A DNA stretch of 64,000 nucleotides from an uncultured Pseudomonadota bacterium (GCA_963819005.1 CAWFUL010000012.1:335650-399649), one strand, 5' to 3'. Positions 11,758 to 21,108 are shown, counted from the first letter of the stretch. Notes: generated by a model from the sequence alone, not told the origin. Numbers and translations: made by a program.

Positions 11758-11976
11758 ATGGAGAGTGGGATGGGGGATTTCCTCGTGGGTGCCTGGATCG
11801 CCATCTTTGGTTTCGTTGGCTTGTTCCTCGCCGCCGGTGCTGCCGACGGCGAAATGTCCGTGTTTGGCTGGGGTCTGGTGATTTTCGCCGTCCTGTTTGA
11901 TTTCAACCTGATCAAGCGTCACTTCGACAAAGTGGATGCGGCGCGTGCCAAGGAAAAGGTAGATACACATGGCTGA
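11758..11976 (+). CDS. small (72 aa) two-TM membrane protein, first cistron of the cco operon
   Basis: SD GGGAGAGG (11745-11752) lies 5 nt before the ATG. There are two hydrophobic helices ([21 protein letters not shown]; [18 protein letters not shown]) and a basic tail. Its stop overlaps the ccoN start (ATGGCTGA). Confidence 0.55.
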   Translation: MESGMGDFLVGAWIAIFGFVGLFLAAGAADGEMSVFGWGLVIFAVLFDFNLIKRHFDKVDAARAKEKVDTHG

Positions 11977-13448
11977 TGCCGTCCTGGGTCGAGAGCCGAT
12001 AATGTATAATGACGCGGTGGTGAAGAAATTCATCATAGCGTCGATGTTCTGGGCTATCGTTACGTTTTTGGTTGGTATCTGGCTCGCCACCGAACTGACA
12101 TGGCCGGCGGCCAACCTGGGGCTATCCTGGATCAACTTCGGCCGGTTGCGCCCTGTTCATACATCGGCGGGCATATTCGCCTTTGGCGGCTCCGCGCTGC
12201 TTGGCACCTCATTCTACGTCGTGCAGCGAACCTGTCGCGCCCGGCTTTGGGGTGGCGAGGCGCTGGCGAACTTCATCTTCTGGGGCTACCAGTTCTTCAT
12301 TGTCCAGGCCGCGCTGAGCTACGTGATGGGCTACAGCCAGAGCCGCGAATATGCCGAACCTGAATGGCATATCGACCTTTGGCTGACAGTCGTCTGGGTC
12401 TGCTACCTGCTGGTCTTCGTCGGCACTCTTCTGAAACGTGAGGAGCCGCATATCTACGTAGCGAACTGGTTCTATCTGGCGTTCATCGTCACGATCGCGG
12501 TTCTGCACATCGTCAACAACCTGGCGATGCCGATATCGGTTTACTCGTCGAAAAGCTACTCAGCGTTTTCGGGCGTGCAGGATGCGCTTGTACAGTGGTG
12601 GTACGGGCATAATGCGGTGGGCTTCTTCCTGACCGCGGGCTTCCTGGGAATGATGTATTATTTCATTCCGAAGGCGGCAAACCGCCCGGTCTATTCCTAC
12701 CGGCTGTCCATCGTGCACTTCTGGACGCTGATTTTCCTGTATATCTGGGCCGGCCCGCACCACCTGCACTGGACCGCCCTGCCCGACTGGACGCAGACCC
12801 TGGGCATGGCATTCTCCGTCATGCTGTGGATGCCGTCATGGGGCGGCATGATCAACGGCATCATGACCCTGTCGGGCGCCTGGGATAAGCTGCGCACCGA
12901 TCCGGGCCTGCGTTTCTCCGTCACCGCCGTCGGCTTCTATGGCATGTCGACGTTCGAGGGGCCGGTAATGTCGGTGCGCCAGGTCAACGCGCTGTCGCAC
13001 TACACCGACTGGACCATTGGCCATGTCCACTCCGGCGTGCTGGGCTGGGTTGCGTTCATCGTATTCGGCGCGGTCTATTACCTGGTTCCCGTCCTTTGGA
13101 ACCGCAAGGCGCTGTATTCCACCCGCCTGGCATCATGGCACTACTGGATCGCCACCCTTGGCATCGTTCTGTATATCGTTTCGATGTGGGTTGCCGGCAT
13201 TACCGAGGGCCTGATGTGGCGCGCCTACGATCAGTACCGGCTTCCTGCAGTATTCGTTTGTTAAATCGGTGATCGCCGTCCATCCCTACTACGTCGTCCG
13301 CACGCTGGGCGGGGTATTCTTCATGATCGGAGGATTGATCATGGTCTACAACCTGATACGCACCGTCTACAGCCCGACGACTGAACTGCCGAGGGTCGCT
13401 GTCGGGTCCGGTTATGCCCCCGACGCGCTCGCCGTGGCTGGAGAGTAG
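11969..13448 (+). pseudogene. ccoN: cbb3-type cytochrome c oxidase subunit I, frame-shifted near the C-terminus
   Basis: ORF 11969..13264 is CcoN ([19 protein letters not shown]..., [17 protein letters not shown]) and ends abnormally after AYDQY. The +1 frame from 13239 reads [39 protein letters not shown], stopping at 13446-13448. There is an extra C at TAC-C-GGC (13237/13238). Confidence 0.85.
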
Positions 13449-13452
13449 GACG

Positions 13453-14172
13453 ATGATGATCCGTCACGAGTTCTTCGAGAAGAACGCGATCCTGCTGCTG
13501 GTGGGCACTTTGCTGACCGTTGCCGTCGGCGGGATCGTGGAGATCGTGCCTTTGTTTACGATCGAAACAACCGTCGAACACGTCGAGGGCATGCGCCCAT
13601 ACACGCCACTCGAGCTGCGCGGTCGCGACATCTACGTGCGGGAGGGCTGCTATTTGTGCCACAGTCAGCAGATCCGCGCGCTGCGCGATGAGGTTGAACG
13701 CTACGGCCATTACTCGATCGCGGCCGAGAGTATGTATGATCATCCGTTCCAATGGGGATCCAAGCGTATCGGTCCCGATCTGGCGCGGGTCGGTGGCAAA
13801 TACTCCAACGACTGGCATTACGCCCACCTGAAGAACCCGCAGGAGCTGGTGCCGGAATCGCTTATGCCGCGTTACGCCTTCCTGGCCGAGACCAAACTGG
13901 ACACCGACGACATCACCGAACGGATGCGCAGCCTGCGTGAGGTTGGCGTGCCCTATACCGACGAGGAAATCGCCAACGCGCGCGCCGATCTCGTGGCGCA
14001 GGCCGATCCTTCCGCGGACAGCTCGAAACTGATGGCGCGCTACCCGAAAGCCAATCTGGTGGTGGGCAACGGCCACGAGCCAACCGAAATGGATGCGTTG
14101 GTCGCCTATCTGCAAATGCTGGGAACCTTGGTGAACTTCGCCGATACGAACACGGAAAGGCTGCAGCAATGA
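13453..14172 (+). CDS. ccoO: cbb3-type cytochrome c oxidase subunit II (monohaem)
   Basis: [18 protein letters not shown]..., haem c site [19 protein letters not shown]. The start was trimmed to the ATG at 13453, 4 nt after the restored ccoN stop. Confidence 0.95.
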   Translation: MMIRHEFFEKNAILLLVGTLLTVAVGGIVEIVPLFTIETTVEHVEGMRPYTPLELRGRDIYVREGCYLCHSQQIRALRDEVERYGHYSIAAESMYDHPFQWGSKRIGPDLARVGGKYSNDWHYAHLKNPQELVPESLMPRYAFLAETKLDTDDITERMRSLREVGVPYTDEEIANARADLVAQADPSADSSKLMARYPKANLVVGNGHEPTEMDALVAYLQMLGTLVNFADTNTERLQQ

Positions 14173-14324
14173 TGTCCCTGCTGATCTTTCTGCAATGGCT
14201 GGCACATTATTCGGTCGTGATCATGACCTTGGTGTTCCTGACAGTCGTGGTCTCAACCTACTGGCCTGGTCGCAAGGCCGACTTTGAAAAGCAGGGCCGT
14301 ATTCCGTTCGAGGATGACGTATAG
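14169..14324 (+). CDS. ccoQ: cbb3-type cytochrome c oxidase subunit CcoQ (51 aa, below the ORF-track cutoff)
   Basis: My own translation is [51 protein letters not shown]. The ATG overlaps the ccoO stop (ATGA) and the stop overlaps the ccoP GTG (TAGTG). It is single-TM and in the expected position. Confidence 0.8.
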   Translation: MMSLLIFLQWLAHYSVVIMTLVFLTVVVSTYWPGRKADFEKQGRIPFEDDV

Positions 14325-15196
14325 TGCCAACGAAGATCGAAAAAGACTCCGTCACCGGCACGGAGACCACGGGTCATGTCTGGGACGGCATCAAGGAGCT
14401 GAACACGCCGCTGCCGAAGTGGTGGCTGTACGTCTTCTTCGCCTGCATCGCCTTTGCGTTCGGTCAGTTCCTTCTGTACCCGTCGATCCCCTATGGAACC
14501 GGATACTGGCACGGGCTGCTTGGCTACTCGCAGCGCGCGGCGGTGGACGCTGACGTGGCAAAGATCGTTGCACAACGCAAAACCGCGATGGATCAGATCG
14601 GCGCCCTGTCCTTTGCCGACATCAAGGCCAATCCGCACCTGCTGGAGGTCGCCCTGGTCGACGGCCACGCCGTCTTCGCCACCAACTGCCAGCCCTGCCA
14701 CGGCGCGGGCGGCGGCGGGCGGCCCGGCTACCCTGCTCTCGCGGCAGGCGCCTGGATCTGGGGCGGCACGCTGGAGGCGATCCAGCAGACCGTCACGCAC
14801 GGCATTCGCTCCGCCGACCCCGACGCGCGGCAGAGCGCGATGCCGCGGTTCGGCGCTGACGGGCTTCTGAAGCCAACGGAAATCGAGCAGGTCGGCGACT
14901 ACGTCTGGTCCGCCTTCTATGGCCACAAGACCGAAGGCCAGGACGTATCGGCCGGCGCCAAGATCTTCGCCGATAACTGCGCCGTCTGCCATGGCGCGGA
15001 CGGCCAGGGTTCGCGTGAAGTCGGCGCGCCGCGTCTCGCCAGCCAGGTGCACCTGTATGGCGGCACGCGGGAGGCGATCGTGGGCCAGGTGACCAACCCC
15101 AGGCAGGGCGTGATGCCGAACTGGGGCGTCCGCCTCGATCCCGCGACCATCAAGGCGGTGACCTTGTATGTTCACTCCCTGGGTGGCGGCGAATAG
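14324..15196 (+). CDS. ccoP: cbb3-type cytochrome c oxidase subunit III (dihaem)
   Basis: N-terminal TM (PKWWLYVFFACIAFAFG) and two CxxCH sites (CQPCHG, CAVCHG). GTG start. Confidence 0.95.
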   Translation: MPTKIEKDSVTGTETTGHVWDGIKELNTPLPKWWLYVFFACIAFAFGQFLLYPSIPYGTGYWHGLLGYSQRAAVDADVAKIVAQRKTAMDQIGALSFADIKANPHLLEVALVDGHAVFATNCQPCHGAGGGGRPGYPALAAGAWIWGGTLEAIQQTVTHGIRSADPDARQSAMPRFGADGLLKPTEIEQVGDYVWSAFYGHKTEGQDVSAGAKIFADNCAVCHGADGQGSREVGAPRLASQVHLYGGTREAIVGQVTNPRQGVMPNWGVRLDPATIKAVTLYVHSLGGGE

Positions 15197-15205
15197 GCAG
15201 CAGCC

Positions 15206-16687
15206 GTGTCCCGCATCAGCAAAGCCGATCGCCAGCTTCAGCTCCAGCAGGAGGAAGCTGGCCATCACCTCTATGCCAACCGCGTCAAGGTCTATCCGAA
15301 ATCCGTGCACGGCCGGGTGCGGCGGATCAAGTGGGCAATCCTGATCGCCTGCCTGACGGTATATTACGTCCTGCCGTGGCTTCGCTGGTATCGTGGTCCG
15401 AACCAGCCGACGCAGGCGGTGCTGCTGGATATGTCGGCGGAACGGTTCTATTTCTTCGACCTGGAATTATGGCCGCAGGACATCTGGCTGCTGGCGGGCC
15501 TGCTGATCATGGCCGCCGTCAGCCTGTTCCTGGTCACCAGCCTGGTTGGACGCGTCTGGTGCGGCTACACCTGCCCGCAGACGGTCTGGACCGACCTGTT
15601 CATGTGGGTCGAGCGCGCGATCGAAGGCGACCGCAACGAACGGATGCAGCGGGATGCGGCACCGCTGAATTCCGACACGATCTGGAAGAAGTTCCTCAAG
15701 CACTGGATCTGGATTGGGATCGCCTTCTGGACCGGCGGCGCGTGGATCATGTACTTCGTCGATGCTCCGACTGTAACAGTGGAGTTCTGGACGCTTCAGG
15801 CCAGCACATCGGTCTATTTCTTCACCGGACTGTTCACCCTGACGACCTATGTTCTGGCCGGCTGGGCGCGCGAGCAGGTTTGCACCTACATGTGCCCCTG
15901 GCCACGGTTCCAATCGGCGATGCTGGATGACCAGAGCTTCACGGTCACCTATCAGTCCTGGCGCGGGGAACCACGCGCCCGCGGCAAACGGCACGAGGGA
16001 GGACCGCCGGCCGGCGACTGCGTCGACTGCGGCTTGTGCGTAACCGCCTGCCCCACCGGCATCGACATCCGCGACGGCATCCAGCTGGAGTGCATCAACT
16101 GCGGCCTGTGCATGGACGCCTGCGACCACGTCATGGAGCGCACCAACCGCCCCCTAGGCCTGATCACCTGGGACACGCTGGCCAGGCAATCGGCGAAGGC
16201 CAAGGGGCTGCATGAGAAAATCCAGTTCTTCCGTCCGCGCACCATCATTTACGTCTCGGCCCTGATGATCGCGATGTCTGCCCTGACGGTTGCGCTGCTC
16301 ACCCGATCGACCTTCACCCTGTCGGTGCAGCGTGACCGTGCGCCGTTATTCGTGCCGCTTCCGGACGGCAGCCTGCGCAACGGCTACACGTTGAAGATCG
16401 TTAACAAAACGCAGGTGAACCGAGCGTTCGACCTGAGCATAGAGGGTCTGCCGGGCGCGAAGATGTGGACGGTTGAGGGCGATCCAACACCGAACGCAGT
16501 GCTGCGGGTGCTGGCGTCCACCGATCAGGTGGGGACATTACGCCTGCTGGTCAATGCCAGGCCTTCGCGCTTACCTGACGGGTCGATCCCGGTCGATTTC
16601 GTGCTGCGCGATACCGCGACCGGCGCGCAAACAGTCTATCATTCAACCTTCATGGGTCCGGCCGGTTATTCCGGCGGCACGCCGTGA
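15206..16687 (+). CDS. ccoG: cytochrome c oxidase accessory protein CcoG/FixG (4Fe-4S ferredoxin-type)
   Basis: LYANRVKVYPKSVHGRVRRIKW, Cys clusters CVDCGLCVTACP and CINCGLCMDACD, with TM segments. Confidence 0.9.
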   Translation: MSRISKADRQLQLQQEEAGHHLYANRVKVYPKSVHGRVRRIKWAILIACLTVYYVLPWLRWYRGPNQPTQAVLLDMSAERFYFFDLELWPQDIWLLAGLLIMAAVSLFLVTSLVGRVWCGYTCPQTVWTDLFMWVERAIEGDRNERMQRDAAPLNSDTIWKKFLKHWIWIGIAFWTGGAWIMYFVDAPTVTVEFWTLQASTSVYFFTGLFTLTTYVLAGWAREQVCTYMCPWPRFQSAMLDDQSFTVTYQSWRGEPRARGKRHEGGPPAGDCVDCGLCVTACPTGIDIRDGIQLECINCGLCMDACDHVMERTNRPLGLITWDTLARQSAKAKGLHEKIQFFRPRTIIYVSALMIAMSALTVALLTRSTFTLSVQRDRAPLFVPLPDGSLRNGYTLKIVNKTQVNRAFDLSIEGLPGAKMWTVEGDPTPNAVLRVLASTDQVGTLRLLVNARPSRLPDGSIPVDFVLRDTATGAQTVYHSTFMGPAGYSGGTP

Positions 16688-16703
16688 ATCAGAGGACAGG
16701 ACC

Positions 16704-17165
16704 ATGACCTCATCCGCCTGGCGCTGGTTTCCACTAGGCTTGTTCGCTTCGATGGCGCTGGTGTTCGCCGTGAACGGCTATATGGTTTACCTCAGTCTAG
16801 CCAGTTTTCCTGGTGCGGCGGGACAGGACGGCTTCGACCTCAGCAACGGCTATGACCGCGTTCTGCAAGCGGAACGAGTCATGGCGGCACTGGGCTGGCG
16901 TGTGGAGGCTGCCGTGGACCCCGAGCGGCATCCGGTGCTGCGGCTGACCGACAAAGATGGCGCGCCGCTGACCCAGCCTCAGATCGACGCCCACGCGGAA
17001 CGTCCCCTTGGTCCGTTGGACACAACCGCTCTGACCTTCCACGACGCCGGCGACGGTCGCATGATATCCGATACGACCTTGTTTTCGGGTCAGTGGGACA
17101 TGATGGTGACGGTGCGCGAGGGTGACCGCATCTTCACCACGACGCGGCGGCTGGTCGTTCGGTAA
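16704..17165 (+). CDS. ccoH: FixH/CcoH family assembly protein
   Basis: MTSSAWRWFPLGLFASMALVFAVNGYMVYLSLASFPG. Position between ccoG and ccoI. The start was trimmed to the ATG at 16704. Confidence 0.85.
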   Translation: MTSSAWRWFPLGLFASMALVFAVNGYMVYLSLASFPGAAGQDGFDLSNGYDRVLQAERVMAALGWRVEAAVDPERHPVLRLTDKDGAPLTQPQIDAHAERPLGPLDTTALTFHDAGDGRMISDTTLFSGQWDMMVTVREGDRIFTTTRRLVVR

Positions 17166-17171
17166 ACCTGC

Positions 17172-19586
17172 GTGGCGCGGTATTTCGCGGACGTCGTGGC
17201 GGGCGCGGGTTTGCCTGCCACTACCGTCGTTGCAGCGCCAACTTCCGCCGATACCGCTTGCGCCCACTGCGGTTTGCCCTGCCCGGCGGGACGGCACTTC
17301 TGCTGCTCCGGTTGCGCCGCCGCGAACGAGATCATCCAGGGCCTTGGCCTGGGCCGCTTCTACCGCCAGCGCGTCCTGGATGCCGCGGCCCGCGCGCCCC
17401 GCCCTGAACCAGCCGAACGGTGGGACCTGGCACGGCATGTTTCAACAAAGCCGGACGGAACCCACCAGATCACGCTGGCGGTTGATGGCCTGCAGTGCGG
17501 CGCCTGCGTCTGGCTGATCGAGGCCGTCCTGGCGAAACAGCCCAATGTCCTTACCGCTCGGGTCAACATGACCACGAGACGCCTGAGCCTGGCCTGGAGC
17601 GGTTCGGCCGCGGATGCCGACCATCTTGTCGGTCAGATCGAGGCCCTCGGCTACCGCCTGATTCCGTTCGACACGTCCGCTTTGGCGGCCGCCCAGGACA
17701 AGACCGGACGAATGCTGCTGCGCGCGCTGGGCGTTGCCGGTTTTGCCGCCGGCAATGTGATGCTGATCTCAATCGGGATCTGGGCCGGTCAGGGCGGTGC
17801 CCTGGACCGCATTGGGCCTGCAACGATGGCGCTGCTGCACTGGGTGTCCGCGCTGATCGCCATGCCGGCGATCGCGTATGCCGGCCGGCCATTTTTTGCG
17901 TCGGCGTGGTCCGCGCTGCGCCAACGGCGAACCAACATGGATGTGCCGATCAGCCTGGGTGTGCTGCTGGTCACGGGGATCAGTCTTACCGAAACAATTC
18001 AGCAGGGCGACCACACCTATTTCAATTCTGCCATCACACTGCTGTTCTTTCTGCTGATCGGCCGGGTGCTCGACCACCGCGCCCGAGGCCAGGCTCGCGC
18101 GACGGCGGAACAACTGCTGACGCTGCGCGCCACCGACGTTGCCGTTCTGGGGCCGGACGGTTCGGTGCAGCGCAAAGCCCAGGAGCAAGTTGGTGAAGGA
18201 GACCGCGTGCTGGTCGCAGCCGGCGAGCGCATCGGCGTGGACGGTGTGATCGAGCGGGGGTCGGCGATGCTCGACGCCAGCCTGGTCACCGGCGAGAGCC
18301 TGCCGGTCACCGCCGAGCGCGGCGCAATGGTTTATGCCGGCACGCTGAACCTGGGCGGCACGCTGACAGTTCGCGCCGCCGCGACCGGCGATGCGACATT
18401 GCTGGCCGAGTGCGTACGGTTGATCGAGGCGGCGGAAGCGCGCCGTGGCCGCTTCGTGGTTTTGGCCGACAGGGTTGCCCGCCGCTACGCACCGGCGGTT
18501 CATCTCTGCGCGCTGCTCACCTTCCTCGGGTGGTTTTTCGTCGTTGGCGTCCCTGCCGGACAGGCGCTGCTGACGGCGAGCGCGGTGCTGATCATCACCT
18601 GCCCCTGCGCACTGGCGCTGGCCGTGCCGGCAGTGCAGGTGATCGCCACCGGGCGGTTGTTCCGCGGGGGGATGCTGCTGAAGTCGGCCACCGCGCTGGA
18701 GCGATTGGCCATGGTCGACACCGTGGTTTTCGATAAGACCGGCACCCTGACGGAGCCGTTGCTTGCGCTGGCCGGCAGTCCCGACGCTACAGCCTTGCGG
18801 GAGGCGGCAGAACTCGCGGCATGCAGCAGGCACCCCTTGGCGCGATCCCTGGTTGCGGCGGCAGGTCGCGTGGCCCCAGCCGAGGGTGTGGTGGAACATC
18901 CGGGCCAGGGACTCAGCTGGCAGGCCGATGCCGGGGAAATTCGGCTTGGCAGCCGAACATTCTGTGCCGTCGCGCCTTCGGCGTCGTCCTCCGGTCCTGA
19001 ACTCTGGCTTACGCGGCCTGGGCAGACGGACGTGCGGTTCACCTTCCAGGAGCGGCCCCGCGCCGACGCGGCCGCCACAATCAAGCGGCTCCGCGCGATG
19101 GGCTTGCGTCTGAAGCTGATCTCCGGTGACCACGCCGCGCAGGTCGGACGTATCGCCCAGGCGTTAGGCATCGACGAGTGGCAGGCCGGTTGCACGCCCG
19201 TGGAGAAAGTGGCGCTGATCGAGCGCTGCGCGGCCGCCGGAGAGAAAATTCTGATGGTCGGTGACGGGCTGAACGACAGCCCGGCGCTTGCGGCTGCCCT
19301 GGTTTCGGCCTCACCCGCATCGGCCGCGGACGTCAGTCAGACGGTTGCCGATCTGGTTTTTCAGGGCACGAAGCTGGCACCGGTGGCAATCGCGCTTCGT
19401 ACGGCGAAACGTGCGAGGGCCGTCATGAAGCAGAACCTGGCGTTGTCCATCGGCTACAATGTGGTCATGGTGCCGTTGGCCGTAGCCGGATGGGTCACCC
19501 CCTGGCTGGCGGCGGCGGCCATGTCCAGTTCGTCGCTGCTGGTCATGGCGAACAGCCTGAGGCTGCACAAGGCCGCCGACCAATGA
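17172..19586 (+). CDS. ccoI: copper-translocating P-type ATPase CcoI/FixI
   Basis: N-terminal Cys-rich region (CAHCGLPCPAGRHFCCSGC), HMA-like CGACVWLIE, TM motif ITCPCALALA, DKTGTLT, GDGLNDSPAL. Confidence 0.95.
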   Translation: MARYFADVVAGAGLPATTVVAAPTSADTACAHCGLPCPAGRHFCCSGCAAANEIIQGLGLGRFYRQRVLDAAARAPRPEPAERWDLARHVSTKPDGTHQITLAVDGLQCGACVWLIEAVLAKQPNVLTARVNMTTRRLSLAWSGSAADADHLVGQIEALGYRLIPFDTSALAAAQDKTGRMLLRALGVAGFAAGNVMLISIGIWAGQGGALDRIGPATMALLHWVSALIAMPAIAYAGRPFFASAWSALRQRRTNMDVPISLGVLLVTGISLTETIQQGDHTYFNSAITLLFFLLIGRVLDHRARGQARATAEQLLTLRATDVAVLGPDGSVQRKAQEQVGEGDRVLVAAGERIGVDGVIERGSAMLDASLVTGESLPVTAERGAMVYAGTLNLGGTLTVRAAATGDATLLAECVRLIEAAEARRGRFVVLADRVARRYAPAVHLCALLTFLGWFFVVGVPAGQALLTASAVLIITCPCALALAVPAVQVIATGRLFRGGMLLKSATALERLAMVDTVVFDKTGTLTEPLLALAGSPDATALREAAELAACSRHPLARSLVAAAGRVAPAEGVVEHPGQGLSWQADAGEIRLGSRTFCAVAPSASSSGPELWLTRPGQTDVRFTFQERPRADAAATIKRLRAMGLRLKLISGDHAAQVGRIAQALGIDEWQAGCTPVEKVALIERCAAAGEKILMVGDGLNDSPALAAALVSASPASAADVSQTVADLVFQGTKLAPVAIALRTAKRARAVMKQNLALSIGYNVVMVPLAVAGWVTPWLAAAAMSSSSLLVMANSLRLHKAADQ

Positions 19587-20389
19587 CAATCATTCTTTAT
19601 TTGCTGGTGATCAGTCTGGCCTTGGGCGCAGGCGGTCTCGCGTTGTTTCTCTGGGCGCTGCGCACCGGCCAGTACCGACGACATGGAAGGCGCGGCGAAC
19701 CGGATCCTGTTCGATGACGACCGGGCCCCTACCCCAGTCACCGGCGTCTCCGGAAACGCCAGTTCATGGCGCGAGCGCCATTCCGGCTTCACATAGTTCA
19801 CGATAAGTGAGCGCCGCACCCCGTTGATCGGACGGCGCTGCACGCCATGCCATGTGTCGGATCCCGGAATGAAAATGAAGCCGTGGTTCCGCCGGTAGGG
19901 TGTCGTGGCAACCAGCCTCATCCCGGTATCGTACAGATCGGTGCCCCACGCCTCGGAGCCCGGGTCGCCGGACAGATAGATCAGCATCGTGAACAGCTTG
20001 GCGCCAATATCAGTGTGAGGCTCCAGCCAAAAGCCATCGGTATCGAGGCAATATTCGATGCGTAGGAAGCTACCCTTCAGCGCCGTCTTGCACAGCGCCT
20101 CCAGCCGGCGGACCACGGCGTCGTCCTGAAAGCCCGACGCAACCGCGTCACACGCCGGGTAGGCCACGCGCTGGTCCTTGCCGAAGAACAGCCTGGTGCT
20201 GTTGTGGGTCTCCCGCTTGCCCAGCGTGTCGATGATCCGGGGCGGTTTGACCGGCACGGCATCGATCGCCTGGCAGACCTCATCCGGGAGGATATCGGCC
20301 AGCAGCCAATGGTGGAACGGATAAGTTCCCAGTTCGCTACGGTCCAGGCAGGCCTGGAGCGCTGTCGCGACATCCCGCGGGCTATGCAT
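19454..20389 (-). CDS. 2OG-Fe(II) oxygenase superfamily protein (3' end unresolved)
   Basis: HxD...H facial triad (LEPHTDIGAK ... DTWHGV) and RRSLIVNYVKPEWRSRHELAF. The start ATG at 20389 overlaps the upstream stop (ATGCATAG). No stop occurs until 19454, so the tail runs antisense through ccoS. Confidence 0.7.
   Translation of the reverse strand: MHSPRDVATALQACLDRSELGTYPFHHWLLADILPDEVCQAIDAVPVKPPRIIDTLGKRETHNSTRLFFGKDQRVAYPACDAVASGFQDDAVVRRLEALCKTALKGSFLRIEYCLDTDGFWLEPHTDIGAKLFTMLIYLSGDPGSEAWGTDLYDTGMRLVATTPYRRNHGFIFIPGSDTWHGVQRRPINGVRRSLIVNYVKPEWRSRHELAFPETPVTGVGARSSSNRIRFAAPSMSSVLAGAQRPEKQRETACAQGQTDHQQIKNDCHWSAALCSLRLFAMTSSDELDMAAAASQGVTHPATANGTMTTL
19583..19796 (+). pseudogene. ccoS: cbb3 oxidase maturation protein CcoS/FixS, frame-shifted
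   Basis: MTIILYLLVISLALGAGGLALFLWALRTGQY, then an extra C at TAC-C-GAC (19675/19676). The +1 frame continues DDMEGAANRILFDDDRAPTP... to a TAG at 19794-19796. The ATG overlaps the ccoI stop (ATGA). Confidence 0.8.
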
Positions 20390-21017
20390 GAGCGGCGGCC
20401 GGAACGAATGCGCGCTTGGCAGCGGCTGAGACGTGGTGCCGCAGAATTTCCCGCCGCGCGGCAAAGCTGCTCGCCATCCAGTTGATCATAACGTAGCGGC
20501 GCACGCCGACAAACGGCTCATGGCCGTGAAAGGACCTGTCGGAGCGGCGAAATGCGGCCAATGTTCCGGAGTCCGGTGGCACTTCGGCGATGACGTCATT
20601 CAGATCATCTGGGCGGCGCAACATCCGCAGCCGCCCGCCTTCGGCTTCCCACCCGTCGTTGAAGTATAACAAGGCTGTTACCAGCTTCGCTTCGCTGTCG
20701 GTATGGATGCGGCCGTCACGCTCCTGGCAGCGTCCGCGCACGGTGATCATGACCGAGCGACCGACAAGGTCGATGTCGAACTTCTCTGACATGGCCCGCG
20801 CCAGGGGTTCGCCCCGAAGCGCCTCGATCAGCGCTGCGAAACGGGGTCCGAATCGTGTCGCCTCCACCGGCAGCAGGCCTGGGTAGCGAATGTCCGGAAA
20901 ATCTTCACGGACGCCGTTTGCGTCGCCAGGCGCAACGAAGTCGCGCACGACGGTGAAGAAGAAGGGGTCGCAGGTAACCGGCGCTTGTCGAAGCGCGTCG
21001 AATCGGAGCAGCTCCAT
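20382..21017 (-). CDS. 2OG-Fe(II) oxygenase superfamily protein
   Basis: MELLRFDAL..., RIHTDSEAK ... RSFHGHEPF (HxD...H) and a GGRLRML jelly-roll strand. SD GAGGA lies 4 nt before the ATG at 21017. Confidence 0.75.
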   Translation of the reverse strand: MELLRFDALRQAPVTCDPFFFTVVRDFVAPGDANGVREDFPDIRYPGLLPVEATRFGPRFAALIEALRGEPLARAMSEKFDIDLVGRSVMITVRGRCQERDGRIHTDSEAKLVTALLYFNDGWEAEGGRLRMLRRPDDLNDVIAEVPPDSGTLAAFRRSDRSFHGHEPFVGVRRYVMINWMASSFAARREILRHHVSAAAKRAFVPAAAHA

Positions 21018-21076
21018 GGAGTCCTCGCTGGCCGTTGAAGCGGGTGCTCCCATAGCGATGCTGCAATTCGCCGCGC

Positions 21077-21090
21077 TTGATCGAGATCAA
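21077..21090. promoter_or_regulatory. FNR/FixK-type anaerobox TTGATCGAGATCAA upstream of the 2OG oxygenase pair
   Basis: Exact TTGAT-N4-ATCAA palindrome. Its centre is about 66 nt upstream of the ATG at 21017, in the 91-nt gap after the CBS gene. Confidence 0.75.
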
Positions 21091-21108
21091 AGGCCGGAGG
21101 AACTTTCG

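Noticed and set aside
13229-13241. Programmed +1 ribosomal frameshifting at CAG-UAC-C in ccoN and ccoS.
   Set aside because: There is no slippery or stop-codon context and no upstream SD-like stimulator as in prfB. Similar 1-nt shifts hit seven unrelated genes at unrelated sequences. Orthologous CcoN and CcoS are read in a single frame as far as I know.
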